Below the pieces are notes generated by a model. It worked only from the letters and a program-made list of their open reading frames with translations, searched no databases and was not told the origin of the DNA. Position numbers and translations under genes: made by a program. 30,726 nucleotides of DNA from an uncultured Dictyoglomota bacterium (lineage in GTDB: Bacteria; Dictyoglomota; Dictyoglomia; Dictyoglomales; Dictyoglomaceae). Positions 20,183-29,377 of this stretch are shown piece after piece; positions within the stretch are counted from its first letter, which is position 1, and each line of letters begins with the position of its first letter. Location of the stretch: positions 1 through 30,726 of the forward strand of contig CAZZIO010000043.1 of assembly GCA_964654465.1 (NCBI GenBank), given 5' to 3'.

Positions 20183-21130
20183 TTAATCCTCCTTCTCCAG
20201 TATTTCTATAATTTTAATCCAACCTCTTTTTGTATTTTCAGGATTGTAACCCCCACCGCCAAGTATCAATAGTTTTCCATTACACACCATATTTGAAAGA
20301 TCTATTATTTCTTTTACAAATTTCCCATAACCTTCCACACTGTAATTTAAATGGGTAATTGGATCACCTGAAAGTCCATCTACTCCAGCTTGTAGAATTA
20401 TAAAATCAACCTTAATTTCCCAAGCAAAATTTTTAATCTCTTCTAAAGCAAGTAAAAGCTCATCATCAGAAGCTCCAGGAAGCAAAGGAATATTCAACTT
20501 AGTACCAAAAGCATTTCCTTTTCCTCTCTCATCCCTTTTCCCTGTACCTGGATAGAGAAATCTACCATCCTCATGAACATCTGCAATGTATAGATGAGGA
20601 TCATCCACGTATTCGTAAAAAACCCCATCCCCATGATGGGCATCAACATCTATATAGAGAATATCTTGAATGTTATACTTTTTTCTCAAATACTCAATAC
20701 CCACTCCAATATCATTGAATATACAAAAACCCGCAGCAGTATTCCTTCTTGCATGATGCAAACCTGCCATAGGTACAAAAACTCTTTTATATTTTCCCTC
20801 CATTATGAGATCTATCCCTTTTAAGGAAGAACCTACTACATAAGAGGCCGCCTCATAACAATCTAAAAAGGCAGGTGTATCTCCATAATCCAAATAACCC
20901 TCTCCTGTCTTTGATTTTTCAATCACAAAATCTACATATTCTTTTGTTTGAAAAAGCAGTAAATCATCATAGGAACTTATTTGAGGAGTTTCTCTTTTTA
21001 TCAAAGTATCTCTTCTTTCTAATTCTTCCTTAAAAGATTCCAATCTTCTTCTATTCATAGGATGAGGTTCTGGAAAGGAATAGAGTAAAGATTCTTCTCC
21101 CCAGATAAAACTACTCTCCGTATTCTTCAA
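20183..21130 (-). CDS. Histone deacetylase family / AcuC-like Zn-dependent deacetylase
   Basis: HPMN..R, GDTP, GLHHA, GFCIFND, DVDAHHGDG, PGTG, GVDGL.GDP, GGGGY. Confidence 0.92.
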   Translation of the reverse strand: MKNTESSFIWGEESLLYSFPEPHPMNRRRLESFKEELERRDTLIKRETPQISSYDDLLLFQTKEYVDFVIEKSKTGEGYLDYGDTPAFLDCYEAASYVVGSSLKGIDLIMEGKYKRVFVPMAGLHHARRNTAAGFCIFNDIGVGIEYLRKKYNIQDILYIDVDAHHGDGVFYEYVDDPHLYIADVHEDGRFLYPGTGKRDERGKGNAFGTKLNIPLLPGASDDELLLALEEIKNFAWEIKVDFIILQAGVDGLSGDPITHLNYSVEGYGKFVKEIIDLSNMVCNGKLLILGGGGYNPENTKRGWIKIIEILEKED

Positions 21131-21707
21131 TTTCTACCCCCCTTTTAGAAATATATTCTCTAAATTCCTCCTTTAAAGATATAGGTACCTTTACTTCCAA
21201 AACCACATCTTCACCAAAATTCTCATCTATCTCGCAGGAAAAATTTTTAATAAGTTCCCTCTTTATATTAGGGAAATCTTTATATGTAACCTTAATTCTA
21301 TAGTTGACAGTAACTATCTTTTTTACAATTTTAGCCTTTTCTATGGTTTTCTCCATTGTAAAATGGTAAGCATCAATAAGTCCTCTAACACCTAATTTAA
21401 TCCCACCAAAATATCTCACCACAATACCTATTATATTATATAAATCTTTCTCTCTTAAAGCATTCAATATAGGAATTCCTGCTGTTCCAGTAGGTTCTCC
21501 ACCATCAGAAAAGTACTCTTCCCCAGTTACCTTTCTATAAGCATAACAATAATGGGTAGCATTTTTGTAGTTTTCTTTCACACCTTTTAATATATCAGAG
21601 GGATTTGTTTCCAATGGTTTTATTATGCCTATGAAAAGAGATCTTTGAATTTTCACTTCAAAGGTTTCTTCATTTTCAACTGTTAGATATTTTTCTACAG
21701 GACTCAT
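21111..21707 (-). CDS. YigZ / IMPACT family protein
   Basis: ATHYCYAY, SDGGEPTGTAG.P, VVRYFGGIKLG..GLI.AY. Confidence 0.93.
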   Translation of the reverse strand: MSPVEKYLTVENEETFEVKIQRSLFIGIIKPLETNPSDILKGVKENYKNATHYCYAYRKVTGEEYFSDGGEPTGTAGIPILNALREKDLYNIIGIVVRYFGGIKLGVRGLIDAYHFTMEKTIEKAKIVKKIVTVNYRIKVTYKDFPNIKRELIKNFSCEIDENFGEDVVLEVKVPISLKEEFREYISKRGVEIEEYGE

Positions 21708-22660
21708 TCGCTTCCAAGTATTATCTCTAACTCCCTTATCTTTTCATTTCTTATAACCTTGAATATAACCTTACTGTTTGGTGGTGTATGACTCAAAAAT
21801 CTATGTAAATCATCAATATTATTTATTAATTCATTATCAGCCATAATTATTATATCACCACTTAGTAAGTTTCCCTTTTGAGCAGGGCTTGATGGAGCTA
21901 CTCTTATAATATATACTCCACCTTCTTGCTTCAAATTTAACATATCCCTCAATTTTCTTGGGATTACTACACTTTGACCTATAATACCAAGATAACTTCT
22001 TCTTACCCTACCCTCCTTTATAAGAAGACCAGCTACCCATTTTGCTGTATTGATAGGAATAGCAAAACATATTCCTTGAGCACCCTGTATTATCGCTGTA
22101 TTCACTCCTATAACTTTTCCATATATATCCACTAATGGTCCTCCAGAACTTCCAGGATTAAGGGCTGCATCTGTTTGGATAATATTTTCCATAAGATGCC
22201 CACTATAACTTCTTAATGATCTCCCTAAAGCACTTATTACCCCACTGGTAACACTATGCCCAAATCCTAAGGGATTTCCTATGGCAAGAACAATCTGTCC
22301 TACCTTTAAAGCATCAGAATCTCCCAATTCCAAATAAGGAAGATCCTTTTCGGGGATCTTAAGCACTGAAAGATCTGTTTGAGGATCTTCTCCCACAAGC
22401 TCTGCATTATATGATCTTCTATCTGAAAGAGTTATCTGAATTTTTGTAGCTTGGCGAGTAACATGACTATTAGTAAGGATATATCCATCAGAAGTAAAGA
22501 TAAAACCAGAGGCAAAGCCTTTAATCTCTTGAGGACCAAAAAAGAATGGAATAAAAGTACTTTGACTTAGATCAATATTAACAACAGCAGGACTAACCTT
22601 TTCCACTACCCTTACCAAAGCATTAGAGTATGCTTCTAAAAATTTTTCATAGTCTTCCAT
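21704..22660 (-). CDS. HtrA/DegQ-like S1C serine protease with one PDZ domain and no signal peptide
   Basis: TNSHV (His), TDLSVL (Asp), IQTDAALNPGSSGGPL (Ser), C-terminal PDZ (LGI, SPAQKGNL..GDII). Confidence 0.93.
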   Translation of the reverse strand: MEDYEKFLEAYSNALVRVVEKVSPAVVNIDLSQSTFIPFFFGPQEIKGFASGFIFTSDGYILTNSHVTRQATKIQITLSDRRSYNAELVGEDPQTDLSVLKIPEKDLPYLELGDSDALKVGQIVLAIGNPLGFGHSVTSGVISALGRSLRSYSGHLMENIIQTDAALNPGSSGGPLVDIYGKVIGVNTAIIQGAQGICFAIPINTAKWVAGLLIKEGRVRRSYLGIIGQSVVIPRKLRDMLNLKQEGGVYIIRVAPSSPAQKGNLLSGDIIIMADNELINNIDDLHRFLSHTPPNSKVIFKVIRNEKIRELEIILGSE

Positions 22661-23567
22661 CTTTTGAACCCCCTAAAATCCAATGATAAATCTTCCCTAT
22701 ACTTTTCTCTAAAACATCAAAATGATCTGTCTCTTGAAGTATTACAAAGGTAATGTTATTCCTTTTATATTTTTCTGCTATTTTAAATAATTCATCCCTA
22801 TTATAAAATTTATCTCTATCTCCCACCACTACAAGAGTAGGAACATACAGACTATCCCATATCTTCTTAACAGAATCTGGAAAGGCAGATTTAAAAAAGG
22901 CTAAAGAGTAATTATTAACTAAAAGTTTATCCTCCACTCCCTCAGGAAGATCCCATGAAATAATCCTAAAATGAGGGAATAAAAAAGATAAGAATTGAAA
23001 TATTTTGGTAGTATTCTTTATTTTCAAAATATTATTACTATTAGTAGAGATCTTTTCTACTGGTAATCCACCAGATATTAGAATCAAACCTGCAGGATTT
23101 AAATTATACTCCATAAAGTATTTTAGGGTCAAAGCTGCTCCCATACTATGGCCACCTAGGTAAACTGGTAAACCAGGATTTTCCATCCTTACAATCTCGT
23201 AAAATCTATACATATCTTCCGAAAGAGACTTAAAATCAGGGGAATCTCCTCTTCTTCCTTCTGACCTTCCATGTCCTCTTATATCAGGAAGATAAACCTT
23301 TATCCCTAAATCAGCCAAGGCTTTTGCAAAAGGGAGGTAATACTTACCATAAACAGAAATACCATGAATAAATATCAAAGTTGCCTTTGAATTATCCGTT
23401 TTTACTATTCTATATGCAATAGAAGTGCCATCATAGGATTTAAAATATAATACATCATTATCCATATTTTTTATTCTTTTAGCAAATTCTTGAAAATCTA
23501 AAGACAAACCACAACAAAGGAAAACTAATAAAAGGAATAATAAAATACAAAGTAATTTATTCCTCAT
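22647..23567 (-). CDS. Exported alpha/beta hydrolase (lysophospholipase/monoacylglycerol lipase-like)
   Basis: FIHG, DIRGHGRS.G.RG, GHSMG nucleophile elbow, GDRD and H; hydrophobic N-terminus from ATG 23567 (track start 23591 is less likely). Confidence 0.85.
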   Translation of the reverse strand: MRNKLLCILLFLLLVFLCCGLSLDFQEFAKRIKNMDNDVLYFKSYDGTSIAYRIVKTDNSKATLIFIHGISVYGKYYLPFAKALADLGIKVYLPDIRGHGRSEGRRGDSPDFKSLSEDMYRFYEIVRMENPGLPVYLGGHSMGAALTLKYFMEYNLNPAGLILISGGLPVEKISTNSNNILKIKNTTKIFQFLSFLFPHFRIISWDLPEGVEDKLLVNNYSLAFFKSAFPDSVKKIWDSLYVPTLVVVGDRDKFYNRDELFKIAEKYKRNNITFVILQETDHFDVLEKSIGKIYHWILGGSKDGRL

Positions 23568-24741
23568 ACAGTAACTTTTCCTTATCCTCAACGATCTCTT
23601 GATTCTTTATTAGAGTCACAACTTTGTTAACATATTTCCTTTTATCACCAAGAAGAATAGCTCCAACAAGCTTATCATCCTTAAATATTAGCTTTCTATA
23701 AAAACCTTCTTTATTCTTATTAACCTTTATTTCATAAACTTCTCCTTCTGGATTAATCTCTCCAATAGAAGTAAGATCTATTCCTGTAACTTTCAAGGAA
23801 TTAAGAGGAATAGTACCTTTATATTCTACTTTTCTTCCCATCATATTTTCTACAGCTACCCTGGCTTGCTCCAAACATGCTGGAATAATGCCATAAATTC
23901 TTCCTTGATGCTCTACACAGTCACCCACAGCAAAAATTCCTTCCGCACTTGTTTCCATATAGTCATTTACAACTATTCCTTTATTTACTCCTATTCCCGA
24001 ATTTTTTGCAAATTCCACATTGGGTATAATACCAGCAGAAATTATAAGTAGATCGCCGTTTATTATTTTGCCATCTTCTAATTCAATCCCTACAAATTTT
24101 CCATTATTTTCTAATACTTTCTTGGCCTTTACTCCAAGATAAAAGCTAAAACCAAATTTAGATTGAATAATACTTTGAAGTACTTTACTACCCTCATCAT
24201 CAAGCTGTCTGGGTAAAAGTCTTGGGAAAAATTCTAATCCAATAATTTTTAGACCTCTTTGATATAAAGCCCTTCCTGTCTCTAGCCCTAAAAGGCCACA
24301 ACCTAAAAGTATTGCTGTTTCTTTTCCCTTTATATAGGAAAGAATATTTAAGGCATCATCTAATGTTCTAAGGGTAAAAACACCTTCTACATTTATGTTT
24401 TCAAGAGGAGGTATTTGAGGTCTTGCTCCAGAAGCAATAAGCAGTTTATCATAATTGTATTTTCCCTTATTCGTTTCAACTTCTTTTTTAGAAATATCTA
24501 TCCTTAATACTCTTTCTCCCAATATTACATTAATCTTTTTACTTTTGTACCAGTCGTCAGTATAAAAGAAAATTTCCTCTTTTTTAATATTTCCTGCTAA
24601 AAATTCTATAAGTTGTGGCCTTGCATAATAGGGATATTTTTCTTCAGAAATAATAATTACTTCGGATTCTTTATCCTTTTCTCTTATTAATTCTGCTGAA
24701 GTTATTCCTGAAACCCCGTTACCAATAATAAAATATTTCAT
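23557..24741 (-). CDS. NAD(P)H:rubredoxin oxidoreductase-like FAD-dependent oxidoreductase
   Basis: IIGNGVSG FAD motif, LIASGA, GCGLLGLE NAD motif, IFAVGDC; directly downstream of rubredoxin. Confidence 0.88.
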   Translation of the reverse strand: MKYFIIGNGVSGITSAELIREKDKESEVIIISEEKYPYYARPQLIEFLAGNIKKEEIFFYTDDWYKSKKINVILGERVLRIDISKKEVETNKGKYNYDKLLIASGARPQIPPLENINVEGVFTLRTLDDALNILSYIKGKETAILLGCGLLGLETGRALYQRGLKIIGLEFFPRLLPRQLDDEGSKVLQSIIQSKFGFSFYLGVKAKKVLENNGKFVGIELEDGKIINGDLLIISAGIIPNVEFAKNSGIGVNKGIVVNDYMETSAEGIFAVGDCVEHQGRIYGIIPACLEQARVAVENMMGRKVEYKGTIPLNSLKVTGIDLTSIGEINPEGEVYEIKVNKNKEGFYRKLIFKDDKLVGAILLGDKRKYVNKVVTLIKNQEIVEDKEKLLYEE

Positions 24742-24751
24742 ATACTATAAC

Positions 24752-24910
24752 CTATACTGGTTTGAACATACTTTTATCCGCACCACACACAGGACATACC
24801 CAATCATCTGGAATCTCTTCAAAAGGTGTTCCTGGTGGAATATTCCCATGAGGGTCTCCTTCCTCTGGATCATAAATGTACCCACATACTATACATCTAT
24901 ATTTTGTCAT
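24752..24910 (-). CDS. Rubredoxin
   Basis: Not in the ORF track. Manual translation [52 protein letters not shown] with two CxxC motifs; AAGGGGG RBS. Confidence 0.98.
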   Translation of the reverse strand: MTKYRCIVCGYIYDPEEGDPHGNIPPGTPFEEIPDDWVCPVCGADKSMFKPV

Positions 24911-24949
24911 AAACTTAACCCCCTTATTAAAATTTATTTTCAGTTTTAA

Positions 24950-24958
24950 ATTATATCA
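24950..24958 (-). promoter_or_regulatory. Extended -10 promoter upstream of rubredoxin
   Basis: TGATATAAT on the minus strand 40 nt before the ATG. Confidence 0.55.
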
Positions 24959-24978
24959 AAAAACTACAAGTATTTCTA

Positions 24979-27102
24979 TTAAAAACTTGGTAACAAGGTA
25001 AATCCCTCAGGTCTACCCATAAGTTCCAATCCTTTTGATGGAAACGCCTTGAGATATATGCTAAATTGGAAACTTTGGGTAGCAAAATAATATGTAGCTT
25101 TCATATTAAAACAGTGAAGATCCTTCTCTAAGGAGAGAGAATAAAAGGTATTCCCTAAGGTAGGTATATAATAACCTAAAAGACTAAGTTTACCAGAATA
25201 ATGCCAATCTCCTGTTATATTAATTCCTACCTTATAATCCACCCTTTTAATTAGGTTAGCATTTAAATCATATAGACTACCGAAAGAAAAATAAAAATTT
25301 GGATTCTGAAAAATACCTTGGATAAAAAGAGGCGTGAATGTTTGTGTATTCCAAAGATAAGACGTCTTAGCAGAAAAGGTTGCCGTTTTTTCCAGTTTTA
25401 GTATTCCTGAAATAGATAAAGATGTAGGTGTATTATTGATAAAATTATAGCCTTGCTGTAAGGATATATTTATATTGGGGTTTCCAATAGTAGCTTGGAA
25501 ACCTATATTGTTGATATTAGTTAAATAATCGAAATAGAAAGGAGTATTCCCAGGATCTCCAGTTACAATATCTTTTCCTAACCATTGGAAATTATAATTT
25601 AGAGATCCTGATATTAAAGATGAAAGTCTATAGCTATAACTTATATTTCCAAATAAAAGATAACGTGCATCTTGAGTACCATAGAATTCCTGCTTAAATC
25701 CAAGATTTGAAGAGATATTTCCAGTAGAAAATAATAACTTGGGAGATAAAGTTAAAGAAAATCCCATTTTCCATGTATTGATAGTAAAAGGAATACCTGG
25801 CTCAACATAATTTCCAAAAAGTAATTCCAGCCTTGATGGAATACTTGCAAGTGATAATTTTCTACTATAATAAAATTCTGGCACCTTCTTTAATAATAAA
25901 TCTGCAGTATTAGTCCATCTTTCATTGGCATATATATAAAATCTTTGAACAGTATCATCGTAATCAAGATTAATATTTCCCTGCAAATCCTCTTGTCTAC
26001 TTCCTAAAGTATAAGAAAGCTTGCTATATCTTATATTGGACTGTAGTTTTAGATTTTTATTGAAATCAAGAGTTGTATTAATATTTACCCCTTTATTATC
26101 AAAGTTGGGATTATTATTCCAAGTCCCAAGTATATTAGTTCTTAATATTCCAGAGGTATAGGTTAAATTAACTGAGTTTTGCAAGGAATAATTACCAGAA
26201 TAAGGATAAGAAAAATATATGGAATTAAAATTTAAGGAAAGAGAAGAAAGAACATATTTACCAGTAATACTAAGTCTTAATTCATCGGTATTAAGATTGT
26301 AATTATAAAGGTAGTGAGCATCTATATTTCCAGAAAGATTTGGAAAACTATACTTTTGAGATAGAGAGAATTTAAACCCTTGATTTTGAGATATAAGAAA
26401 AGTAAGAACACCAGGAACCCCCCAAAGATTATATGTAAAAGGATAAGTAAGATATAGTCCAAGAGTAGAATCATAACCAATCTGAGGAAATGGAGAAGGC
26501 TCCTTTGTGAGAGGAATTACATAATAGGGAACATAAAAAATTGGCAGATAAAAAGCAGGATATGGAAATCTCAAAAAGAAAATCACATTAATAAAAACTA
26601 TTCTATCATTAGGATAATATTCAATTTGAGATGAAGAAAGGAAATAATGAGGATTTTCATAAGAACAAGTAGTAAAAGCACCTTTCTTAAGGGATATATC
26701 TCCCTTCTTCCATATTAAATCTTCTCCTTTTATATACATCTTTTCCTGAGAGTCAAGTACCTTATATTTTAATTTCACATTTTTTATAGTAGCTTTCTCT
26801 TCCTTATAAAAGTACTCTATATCTTCTGCCCAAAACTCTCCTTCTTTATCTCTAAAATAAACATTACCTTCCGCCTTAAATAAGGCTTCTCTTATACTTC
26901 CTTCTAATCTGTCTGCCTTTATTAATATATCTTTTCCTGAAAACTCCACATTACCTTCCGCCTTAAAAAATTGGGTTTCCCAATTAAAAGATATTTTTTC
27001 TGCCTTTATTTTCCAAGGAGTCTCGGCAAAAGCTATATGTAGGATAAAATATAGTATTATAGTAATAAAAACTAATCTTTTCACCATTTTCTTATCTTCC
27101 AT
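24979..27102 (-). CDS. lptD: LPS-assembly protein LptD-like (OstA jellyroll plus beta-barrel)
   Basis: Signal peptide, OstA-type AEGNV repeats, 'FTTC....PHY', 'P.FYVPY', 'PQIGYDS..G', aromatic-rich strands, C-terminal 'DLHCF...LKAFP'. The start may be ATG 27087. Confidence 0.82.
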   Translation of the reverse strand: MEDKKMVKRLVFITIILYFILHIAFAETPWKIKAEKISFNWETQFFKAEGNVEFSGKDILIKADRLEGSIREALFKAEGNVYFRDKEGEFWAEDIEYFYKEEKATIKNVKLKYKVLDSQEKMYIKGEDLIWKKGDISLKKGAFTTCSYENPHYFLSSSQIEYYPNDRIVFINVIFFLRFPYPAFYLPIFYVPYYVIPLTKEPSPFPQIGYDSTLGLYLTYPFTYNLWGVPGVLTFLISQNQGFKFSLSQKYSFPNLSGNIDAHYLYNYNLNTDELRLSITGKYVLSSLSLNFNSIYFSYPYSGNYSLQNSVNLTYTSGILRTNILGTWNNNPNFDNKGVNINTTLDFNKNLKLQSNIRYSKLSYTLGSRQEDLQGNINLDYDDTVQRFYIYANERWTNTADLLLKKVPEFYYSRKLSLASIPSRLELLFGNYVEPGIPFTINTWKMGFSLTLSPKLLFSTGNISSNLGFKQEFYGTQDARYLLFGNISYSYRLSSLISGSLNYNFQWLGKDIVTGDPGNTPFYFDYLTNINNIGFQATIGNPNINISLQQGYNFINNTPTSLSISGILKLEKTATFSAKTSYLWNTQTFTPLFIQGIFQNPNFYFSFGSLYDLNANLIKRVDYKVGINITGDWHYSGKLSLLGYYIPTLGNTFYSLSLEKDLHCFNMKATYYFATQSFQFSIYLKAFPSKGLELMGRPEGFTLLPSF
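26861..26967. repeat. Exact 20-bp direct repeat ACATTACCTTCCGCCTTAAA (26861-26880 and 26948-26967) within lptD
   Basis: Read directly; the copies are 87 nt apart and both encode FKAEGNV. Confidence 0.9.
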
Positions 27103-28172
27103 ATAAATACTCCCAAACTGATACTTCCTAAGGTAATATTAGGTAACCATGCAGAGATAAAAGGAGAAAAAATGGCATGCTCTCCTAAGGATCGAGCGAT
27201 AATGTTGAAACCATAATAAAAGAAGGCAATAATAATACTAAAGGCAGTTCCCCAAAGTCTTCCTCCTCTTCCTGTAATAAGGATTACACTAAATCCAAGG
27301 AGAGCAAATATAGGCAATGCAACACTTTGGGCAATCCTTAGATAATCCTCTACAAGATAGGATCTGGCAGATATTCCCGATTTTCTATAAACTTCAATTC
27401 TTTTCTTAAGTTCATTAGTAGGCATCTCTTGAGGAGTTCTATCTCTATAAAAGATTAGCATAAAATCTTGAGGAAGATTTATCTTAAACTCCTCAAAATT
27501 TCCCTCCCATGCTACAAAGGAATCCTCTCCTAAATAATGTACTATGCCATTTTTCAATATAAGTGAATCTCTATTCCAAATAGCCTCCTTTGCAGTGTAA
27601 ATAACAGGAAATTTATTGGAATTTGAGGTATCATATACAAGTACATCTTCCATTTTATTACTCTTTTCTATTATTTTTTTAACGTAATAATACCTTCCCT
27701 CTTCATCATGAAAAAAAACATTTTCACCCTTTACAGGAGCAGGATTTAAAAAAAAGTATTTTTGAATCAATTGATTAGCACGAAAATTAGATTCTGGAAT
27801 AAGAGAATAAGTAAAAAACCAAAGAATTATGGAAAGCAATAGGGAAAACAAAAGGGGTACAATTGTCAGAGAAAAAAAATAAATTCCACTACATCTCATA
27901 GCAAATATTTCGCCATCTCTCATAAGCCTTCCAAAGGAAAAAATTATAGCGAAAAGAAGAGACACAGGAATCACAAATACTAACAATGATGGAATCTTAT
28001 AGTAAAGAAGTTTCAATACAACCTCTAAACTGATCCTTCTTAAAATAATAAAATCAGAAAACTCATAAAGTATTTGGATTAGCATTACTAATATAAATCC
28101 AAATATTCCCAAGAAGAAGGGACCTAATAATTCACTTAATACATACTTGTGATAAGTTTTTATTCTTATCAT
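27081..28172 (-). CDS. LptF/LptG family permease
   Basis: KY...E...PF, P.....VIPVSLL, GRLMRDGEIFAMRCSGI, periplasmic jellyroll, AWLPNI. Confidence 0.9.
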   Translation of the reverse strand: MIRIKTYHKYVLSELLGPFFLGIFGFILVMLIQILYEFSDFIILRRISLEVVLKLLYYKIPSLLVFVIPVSLLFAIIFSFGRLMRDGEIFAMRCSGIYFFSLTIVPLLFSLLLSIILWFFTYSLIPESNFRANQLIQKYFFLNPAPVKGENVFFHDEEGRYYYVKKIIEKSNKMEDVLVYDTSNSNKFPVIYTAKEAIWNRDSLILKNGIVHYLGEDSFVAWEGNFEEFKINLPQDFMLIFYRDRTPQEMPTNELKKRIEVYRKSGISARSYLVEDYLRIAQSVALPIFALLGFSVILITGRGGRLWGTAFSIIIAFFYYGFNIIARSLGEHAIFSPFISAWLPNITLGSISLGVFIWKIRKW

Positions 28173-28816
28173 TCTTTTACATAAAAGGTAGTATCTATAT
28201 TGCCTTCTGCCTCAACCCTCTTATCCTTTACATATACTACAAGCTTTTTACAATTTATTTCATTCTTATCACTATCCAACATCTTTACATTATCTAAAAA
28301 GGTATAAACCTCTTTATCAGTATCAAAGTCTGCACTACTTGCAGTTACTATAAGATCTTCCCTCTCTATTCTTACGCTTCCAGTTAAACTTCCTGTTTTA
28401 TTCTTTAAAGAGTAAACTACTCCCTGAGAAAAAAGTTTTGTAATTTCTATTTTCTCTCCACTTTTTCTCTGCAAAACCACATTTACATTTTTCTTTAACT
28501 CCAAGATCTCCTTTTTAAGATCTACCTTTAAATCCTCCCCGACAATTGATAAATCTTTTTGAGTAATACTTACTTTTCCTGGAGCTTCCACAATACTGGT
28601 ATCTTGATTATAAAATATCATTGTGCTTGTAATCTTTGTCTCATCCTCTTGACCAGGTTTATATATAACAGTAACATTTCCCTCTGCTCGAGTCACCTTT
28701 TTCCCAAAATCATAAGATATTTTTTGGGCAGAAATCTTAATAGGAGTTTTAGTTTGTGAAAAACCGATTCCTATAATTAGCACAAAGATTAAAAAAATTC
28801 CAATTATCTTATTCAT
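28169..28816 (-). CDS. lptA: LptA/OstA-like periplasmic beta-jellyroll protein
   Basis: Signal peptide; repeated 'I.A....YD....AEGNV' OstA units; lies between lptC and lptF/G. Confidence 0.75.
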   Translation of the reverse strand: MNKIIGIFLIFVLIIGIGFSQTKTPIKISAQKISYDFGKKVTRAEGNVTVIYKPGQEDETKITSTMIFYNQDTSIVEAPGKVSITQKDLSIVGEDLKVDLKKEILELKKNVNVVLQRKSGEKIEITKLFSQGVVYSLKNKTGSLTGSVRIEREDLIVTASSADFDTDKEVYTFLDNVKMLDSDKNEINCKKLVVYVKDKRVEAEGNIDTTFYVKE

Positions 28817-28831
28817 GTTTTTCCTCCCCTC

Positions 28832-29377
28832 TTAATATAATACTTCTATCACCACATTACCTTCAAAATCAGCTTTTCCTTCCTTAGAATCAAATCTAAA
28901 AATATCTGCCTCGGCCTTAAACTCTCCTCTCTTCTCAAATCTTACCCTTCCCTTTGTACTAACAAATTCCCCTGTATCAAAATACCATACCCCTTCTCTT
29001 GCCTCACCCACATAACCATCCTCAGTTTCAAAATATAATCTATCTGGTATTTTCATTATCTTTTTATCCCTATCTACCTCTGCCTTTTCTGTTTTTATAT
29101 ACAAAGACAATTTATTATCTCTATATACTTTACCATCTATATTCCCCTCAAAGAGAAATTTTCTATAATTTAAATCAATACTTAAATTATCAGCTGAGAT
29201 CTCCCAACTCAGATTTCCCTCATCTCTACCCTTCAAATGTACCTTTTTGGCATAAATACCAGGCTTCTCATAATTAGAAGATACTTCTTCTTTTTGTGGA
29301 GGAAAAAGATAGTAACTTCCTCCCCAAGCAATAAGAACCACCAATATCAATATACTAAGAAAAATTGTCCGTCTCAT
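28832..29377 (-). CDS. lptC: LptC-like membrane-anchored jellyroll protein
   Basis: Single N-terminal TM helix, 'G...WEISAD', C-terminal 'FEGNV'. Confidence 0.72.
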   Translation of the reverse strand: MRRTIFLSILILVVLIAWGGSYYLFPPQKEEVSSNYEKPGIYAKKVHLKGRDEGNLSWEISADNLSIDLNYRKFLFEGNIDGKVYRDNKLSLYIKTEKAEVDRDKKIMKIPDRLYFETEDGYVGEAREGVWYFDTGEFVSTKGRVRFEKRGEFKAEADIFRFDSKEGKADFEGNVVIEVLY

